Below, in pieces: positions 22,381 through 29,273 of a DNA stretch of 29,273 bases. The DNA lies in the NCBI GenBank assembly GCA_013239625.1, contig MU053166.1:124001-153273 (forward strand). The letters are read 5' to 3'. Under the pieces are notes generated by a model. The model was not told the DNA's origin. It did no database searches and saw nothing but the letters and a program-made list of their open reading frames with translations. This stretch comes from Lama guanicoe (lineage: Eukaryota). Every line of letters starts with the position of its first letter. The first letter of the stretch is position 1. The position numbers were made by a program, and so were the translations under genes.

Positions 22381-25300
22381 ACATGGCATTCATCTGAGGT
22401 CTACTCTCACAGATACTCTGGAATAAGTAGGATTGCTCCTGCCAGCCACCCTGACCCCCTTCCCTGTCTTCCTGCCCAGCTGGAATACCCACCTTTCCTC
22501 TCCAGACACCCAGCCACCAGCACACACCCACTTTCAAGACCATAAGAATTCCCAAAGGTAGTGGAGCTAGACTACACTTTCCATTAATCTGAAAAGGTGG
22601 GGCATTCAAACATGTGGGTCTTATCTATACCCTAATCGTAAATCTAGACATTTGTTATTAAAGTTACACTGGAAAATGTAAATTCACAGAGAACAAGTGT
22701 TTCAGGGCCATCCTCCAGAGACAGAAAAGGAGAGATGGAAAATAAACCTTTTCATGGTTTTAATTCATTTTATTCCTCTGGTTCACCAAATGTAATCATA
22801 TTGGTGGAAAAGTGTCAGTGCAGGTCAACAACTCATATTTCCCAATTTTTACATGTGTGTCTAGACAAACAGCATTGTGCTAACTGGGAACCATATTTTT
22901 GTTATTTTTTTAATGCTCCTTTGTGCCATAATACTCAACGTACTGCTTCATACCTCAGAGTGAAGTAAGGGTTTACAGAAACTAAAAACAGTTTTCCATC
23001 TTTGAAAATAAATAAGTCTAGAAACTTGCTAAAAATTTATGGAATTCATTGGCACTCAATAAATATGAACGTCATTTATTTTATATGATGTTATTAATGA
23101 TAATAAAAACCTACATTTTGCAGAATGCTCTGTAATCTAAAATGTGCTTTCATATTTCTTCAGTTCCTTATTTGTTCATCAGTTTTTTTTTATTCCTGAG
23201 GAGAGGAAAGCATCTATTTTTAATTATACCCTTTGATGAAATAATGTACAAACATTTCTACTTTCAGTTACACAAGGATAGAAGGACTCATTTCTGTTTT
23301 CGCAGGAGCCCCACTACATTTTCAGTTCTTTGCACACCAGGCTAAATGGCAACTGGCCCTTTGTTTAGAGAATCTTCAATCTCAGCTGTTGGCGCTGCCA
23401 TCCTTTCAGCTGCTCTTAGCCTCTAGAGCCCGCACATGATAAATAATACAATCTGCTGGAAGCCTCTAACAGCTTTAAATGTTGCTGCTAATGTGCCTGT
23501 GGCATTTTAGACCAGACTTTTAAAACTTCCCTAAAATCTAGAAATTACAAAACATTTGTGGGTTTAAAAGGGCATAAATTAATGAACGGCTTGATTTTTC
23601 TTTTAGGTGAGATGTTTCCAGCTCAGTCGCTGAGTACTTATTGCTGTCTGAGATCCAAACGGCCGTGGCAGTTAATCACCTATTATAAAGGGCCAAACTC
23701 TTTACCATATCTGCATTAAGACTGATCTACTGAATTGAACTACTAGTTTGGGAGCCAATGTATCCGAGCTGAAAACCCCAAATGTGTCAGCTCTTACTGT
23801 GTTCTGGAAAGAGATGAGCCTTTTGTTGTGTATTCACATCTACAAGGGCTGCCTCCTCAGTCTTTCAGATCCTGTTCCCCGAGGCAGGTTCCTGGTAGGT
23901 AGGAGGGAAGACATTAAGGCTTCCATAGCATTTCAGAAGTGAGGCACAGATAGGAGAGAAGATAATGAAAACAAGGTGCGCCCTATATTTTCATCTCAGG
24001 TTATTCTCTGAGAAAGTCCTAATAGGCAAGGAGGGAAGTTTACTATGACTGGGGATGAATACTGTTTTAAGAATGCTTTCAAGCCTCAGAAATAAAGCCA
24101 GTTTCCCCCTAAGAGCCAAAGAGAGAGCTTTTTTGCAAAGGGGATTGTTGTATTTGCTTTTCTTGTGCTTATAATGCAAATCTTTCCATTTCTGAGGTTT
24201 TACTCATGGATATAAAGCAAGAAGCTAGACTTATGTTCCCTATAGAACATAATAATAATACTAAACAGCTCAGTTCAACAGTTTAAGAATGGCATTGTTG
24301 ATCAACAATCCACATTTCCATCCCAAATGGAATGGAATAGCTCTTCCAAATTGTGGATGAACTTGGTCCTTCATAATTTAAAGTTCTGTTAACTCTGATT
24401 ACTTTGCTGTGATTTGAGAGAAGGCTAAAATGGGGCAGATGACATCATTATATCAAAATAGTTTGTTAAAGATAATGAACTCACTTAAGAGAACAGTTGA
24501 ACTTATAAAGGGAAGAACAACTCAAATAAGTGTCATGATGTATCAAAGTTACAAGCATGGCGGCTGTAAGTAACTGCCTTTTTCTTTGTCTTCTGTGACA
24601 CCCTCCTGTCCTGACCTTCCTTGCACCCCTCTCTTTTGGTAATTTGGCCTCAGTATTTAACATTTATTAAGGACCTGAAATTACTACTCTACCTTGGAAA
24701 GCATATCCCTTCTCACAGATTTGATAATGCATTCATTGATCCAGGAATCTTTACTATTAATCATGGTTTTTCTACCAAGTTCCATTCAATTTATTCAAAT
24801 GACTTGTCCATTATTTCCTTTTTGCTTCCCTGCTATATATCATGAATCAAAATACACCTAGAAATGAAGTTTTACTGAAATCTAATTTATCTAATGACAT
24901 TTATGTGCAAGTGATTATAATAGATCTAGTCATTCATATTTTCCCCTTAGACACATATGCTACTTAATGTGTATGTTAACTCTTCAATTCAATTAGCACT
25001 TTTTGAATCTGTTCTGAATGTGATTCTGTATGTCAAGAAACTCAGTGACAAATTCTATGAATCAGCAATGACTAAACGTTTTATTACAGGATGCTATAAA
25101 ATAACAAGCTTCTGGCTAAATTGTCACAAAATTTATTTGAATTACATACATGAATGTTCAAGCGGCTAGCGGACTTTTCTAAGAGACAAAAAAGTAAAAG
25201 CGTAATAAAGAGAAAATGGCTAGTTTAGAATGAACATGTGAGGCATAAACAGAAAGAAAACTTGGGTTGTCCTAGGTAGAAATACCAATGTCCAACCGAG

Positions 25301-25609
25301 AATTAAAAGACTAAGCTTTCTATCAACTGTAAGGTAGGATAAGAAACATAAAATTCTGAAATTTAGCCAAAATATTGAAAGGGGTAAATAGTGCCCTCTA
25401 GCCCCTTTTGGAGAGCAAACTAAATTATCTCTGTAGGAACAATCCACAATTTCGACTTTCAAGATTTCAACATATTAGGATCAACAGAATAGCACAATGA
25501 ATGAGCAACACAAGACTAAAAATGAGTAGGGATATTTTAAACATAATAATATGGAACTCTCCAAAGTACAAGTTTGGAAATGAGAATCTAATTTAAATAG
25601 GAAATGTGT

Positions 25610-26830
25610 ATGCTTCTGGTTCAAAGTAGAAAGTTGTACAAGAGTGTTGCTCTTATCCTAACAACAAAAGCAAGCCAGATCAACCACATACTCAAATTGT
25701 TATTATTTTCTCCCCATCATAGAGGATATAAGTAAATATAAGTTGAACTAAATGAACTCCAGAGCGTGAAGAAAGAAAGGATCCCTGGATGTTCTCGTCT
25801 GTGACTGAAACAGAGAAGACAGGATATTGTAATAGGTCAGGATAAGGAAAATCAGCCTAATTTTCAAAAAAGCTTTTATTTTTCATGTGTTGGCTGATAT
25901 GACAGATTAGGGTCAGAGGATCCTCAGACACAGAGCAAAACTGCGCTACTTTAAAGCTATTTCCCACCAGCCTCTACAGAGTGCTGGGGGTTGTACCATA
26001 AAATCAGACACGGGGAAGAAATAGTGAGAGAAACTCTCCAGGGATTCCAGGCTCTCTAATGAGGCAGTGGCAGAAACAGGAGTGTACCTATTTCTGGAGA
26101 TAAATATAACTCAATTCAGACTCTATTGGGCTTTTATAGAAATGCATGGCACAAAATAAAACCCATGAAAAATCAAGAACTTGTGAAGCCTCTGAGAAAG
26201 GAAATAGTAGAAGTAAACACAAAGCAATTCTAGCTGTCAGCATTATCAGTCGTAGACTTAAACACACCCAGGGTAAAATGTTAAGAAATCTAGTGGACTG
26301 CATCAGCAATGTGGATTAAGAGAGTGTAGTCAAGTAGACATATAGATGAAGACAAATATCCTAAAGAAATTGCTCAATATTATAATACAATAGTGAAAAT
26401 AATGGGCTTAATAGAAGACTAAATGCAGGTCAATAGAAAATGATAAATTGAAGTACAAGGAGAGAAATTGGTTTTAAAAAGAACAAAGCATCAGAAGTCT
26501 TTTGGAGAATACAAAGTGATTTAATACACTTATCATTAAACTCCAAGGAGAATAGAGAAAGAAAATGGGGTATATAAAAGATTTGATAATATGGTGGCAG
26601 AGAGGTTTCCAGTGGATGAATGGCATCAACCAACAGATCACTAGGCACAAAGTACGTTACATTTTAAAAAATCTAGTTATAATCAAATAGATAGAAATCA
26701 TAATAAATGGGCAGAACTTAAAAGCATCCAGAGGGAAAAAAAGACACCTTACACACAGGGGGAACTTATATGACTATTAATATTTTTCCAGAAACAAAAA
26801 TAGATGGGAGGAAAAAAATCTGGAAGAAAA
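25610..26830 (+). mobile_element. Ancient L1M 5'UTR / ORF1 fragment
   Basis: ORF1-like decayed sequence: aatgggcttaatagaagactaaatgca, gaacaaagcatcagaagtcttttggagaata, atggtggcagagaggtttcca, ttaaaagcatccagaggg. The upstream part resembles an old L1 5' end. Confidence 0.65.
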
Positions 26831-26834
26831 AGCA

Positions 26835-26950
26835 GGCTGTTCTGGTTCTCAGTCCTTAAAGTGGCAGATCTCTGTACTTTGCAGCTTGTATAATCACATG
26901 AGTCAATTCCTTCTTCAATAGATAGGTAGAGAGATACCCTGGCTAGCAGA
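26835..26950 (+). mobile_element. MLT2 (ERVL) LTR, 3' part only
   Basis: tggcagatctctgtactttgcagcttgtataatcacatgagtcaattcct...accctggctagca, immediately followed by the ERVL internal start gattttggta. Confidence 0.8.
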
Positions 26951-28555
26951 GATTTTGGTATTGAGAGTGTTTGTAGAGGAACAGAATAATGATGAGCTTC
27001 CTGAATTGGTTCTGGAGTTTCTGGAATTGAATCTCTAATTTGATTAAAGATGATAATGACTCTATTTCCGGCAGAGGCAAGAACGGTGATCGTTCATGGT
27101 GTGATCTGGCAATAGAGATACATAAAATATCACAATTGTATATTCCTCATCAGCCAATTCAGAGAAGTATGGAGCTGGGTGACTGTGTATATGTCTTTCA
27201 TACATTTTTGGAAAACTAACAAATATAATGAGATTGGCTCATTGTTCCTAATGTCTCTGGACATGGTGGTACAAGGATGTGGTCAGTGATTCAAATTCCC
27301 AGCTCAAGAATGACATGAATAACCTCAGAGTTTTCCACTGTATGCTGAAGGGAGCCCTGTATCTCCGGTAGCCCCAGGGCTGACAGTGCTGAAAACCATA
27401 AGCAGAATCTTATTCCGTGGCTAGCTGAATTACAATGCAAGTTGAAACTCTAAGCCTCCCACGGCATCTACTGTTAAAGTGAGGGCGTCTATTGGGAAAG
27501 AATGGGATCTTGTAAGTGAAATAAGTTCACGTGGAAAATGCTGGTGAGGCTGTAGATGTTGAGCTGCCAACATCTGATGAGACAGCTTTGCTGGCGGAAG
27601 AGGTCTTCCCACTCCAAGCACGTGTACACTCCTCATTCCCAGGGGCCGTGGCTTCCCCGCTTTCATCCTCTCCACCTCCATCTAAGTGGTTTAACTCTCA
27701 TTGCCTGAGAACACTGTAATGGCCTCCCCCCAAGACAGTTGCCATGAACACAATGCTGATTCTCCTCAGGACCCACACATACCACCGTTCTTTGCTTCTA
27801 GAATTATAACCGGGTTCAAGTCACAGCAGGTCCCTAAACGTGAGGTACAAAGTGTGATCCATGAGGAAGCCTGTTACATTCCAAAAGAACTAGTTGAATT
27901 TTCTAATTTGTCCAAACAGAAATGTAGGGAATATGTGTGAAGATAGATCTTAAGAGCATGGGATAATGATGGAAGGAACATAAAGTTGGATTAGATCAAT
28001 TTTGTTGATATGGGCTCAGTTAGCAGAAATGCTGGATTCACTGTCATAGCTTGGGGACTTCGGAAAGGCTTTAACAGTTTGATTAGTTGGTTAACTGAAA
28101 CACGGAGGAAAAGGTGGCCCACAGTGTGGTAACTGGAAATACTGGATCTGCCTTGGTTAGATGTAGAAACAGTGGTTCGAGTGCTTTGGAGGCTGGAATG
28201 TCAGAGTGGGTTTTCCATATTGAAAGGGTCCAGAAGACATCCTTTTAACCACTACTGCAAAAAATAAAGTTGTGAATGGAGCTCCAGCATCCTTGAAGAA
28301 CTCTGTGATTGTTCTTCTCTGTAGGCTAGACCTTCGAGTGGGAACCACAGTCACTGAACTGGAAAATCTAAATACAATGAGAATAATTAGATCTCAGGGT
28401 GGCAGAGGCCAAGTGGCTATACTCAAATGCCAAGAGCAAGGTGGGTATGGTTTCCATAACAAACAGAGTCAAGGCAACAACTGGAATAGTCTAACTCACA
28501 CAGACCTATGATGTTGGCTAGTTGATTATGGTGTTCCTAGAAGTGAAATAAATTG
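26951..28555 (+). mobile_element. ERVL internal region: PBS/leader and decayed gag
   Basis: Starts gattttggtattgagagtg. ORF 28272-28511 (GAPASLKNSVIVLLCRLDLRVGTTVTELENLN...GGRGQVA) and 27701-27940 (VQSVIHEE...YIPKELVEFSNL) match ERVL Gag. Multiple stops and frameshifts. Confidence 0.92.
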
Positions 28556-28559
28556 AAAT

Positions 28560-28705
28560 TGTCAAAGTCTGTTTGGACCACTATGACAGGATACCTTAGA
28601 CCAGGTGACTTAAATAACAAATTTTATTTCTCACATTTCTGAAAGCTGGGAAGTCCAAGATCAAGGGGCCTGCAGATTTCGTGTCTGCTGAGATCCCCCT
28701 TCCAG
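28560..28705 (-). mobile_element. MaLR LTR fragment (MLT1A/MST-like)
   Basis: tttatttctcacatttctgaaagctgggaagtccaagatcaagg...gcagatttcgtgtctgctgag. Confidence 0.85.
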
Positions 28706-29104
28706 TGAGGCATAACATGTCTAATATTCTTACAGGAAAAATAAGTTATTATTTCAGTTATTTAAATTTTGCTAGAAAATTATGAGGAAATACTAAAGAG
28801 AAACTTCACAAATAAGTAATTGATCTTTGCCACCAAATATTTAATTCTGTAGCTTGAATTAGGTAATGTAATAGACACTGTGAACCATCCTTTTGAGGAA
28901 ATTTTTCATCAAAGGATTTCCAGCACAGAAGGAGTTGTTGTCACTTTACAGTCTAAAGAATTAAATTAAATTTTACGCTTTTGCTTCTGTTAAATAGAAT
29001 TTGAGCTAGATATGAGAGGGTTAGTTTTATCTTGACAAATGGTGCTACAGCCATATTAGGTCAAAAAATAGAAACAATTATTAGAATGTTAATAAAAGGG
29101 ACTT

Positions 29105-29184
29105 ACATGTTTTTCTTATTTATTCCACTGTTTCGTACATAATGAAACATGTTTTTTTATTCCACTGTTTCGTACATAATGAAA
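29105..29184. repeat. Short tandem duplication, about 37-42 bp unit
   Basis: tttattccactgtttcgtacataatgaaa is identical at 29119-29147 and 29156-29184. Both copies are preceded by acatgttttt. Confidence 0.95.
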
Positions 29185-29273
29185 ATAGTCCTGCTTGGTT
29201 TCTGAAGCAGGCTATTAAAATTGTCATGATACAGTTGTGAAAATTGTTTAGTCTGTACGACAGGTGAGGTGCT

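Noticed and set aside
13503..25462. Remaining 60-105 aa ORFs in the ORF track
   Set aside because: No recognisable domains, often non-ATG starts, and lengths expected by chance.
27531..28511. Domesticated Fv1-like ERVL gag gene
   Set aside because: It is broken into short ORFs by stops and frameshifts.

Overview
AT-rich, CpG-depleted eutherian genomic DNA, most likely a camelid (alpaca, vicuña or camel), judged from two tRNA-Ala-derived vic-1-type SINEs. I can support no protein-coding gene, rRNA, functional tRNA or CRISPR array. The listed ORFs are decayed L1 ORF2 or ERVL gag remnants, or chance ORFs. Much of the window is interspersed repeat: a young 5'-inverted L1, several old L1M fragments, MIR, L2, a hAT element, an MLT2/ERVL provirus fragment and a MaLR LTR piece. 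There is a 34-N assembly gap. Non-repetitive stretches at about 1.8-2.8 kb and 21.4-23.9 kb hold candidate splice and regulatory signals. I found no evidence of a new multi-gene system. The best leads are mechanistic (an inverted L1 missing about 3 kb, a solo poly(A) insertion, a microhomology duplication) and possible recursive splice sites, exons or enhancers. Repeat subfamily names and boundaries were recognised by eye and are approximate.
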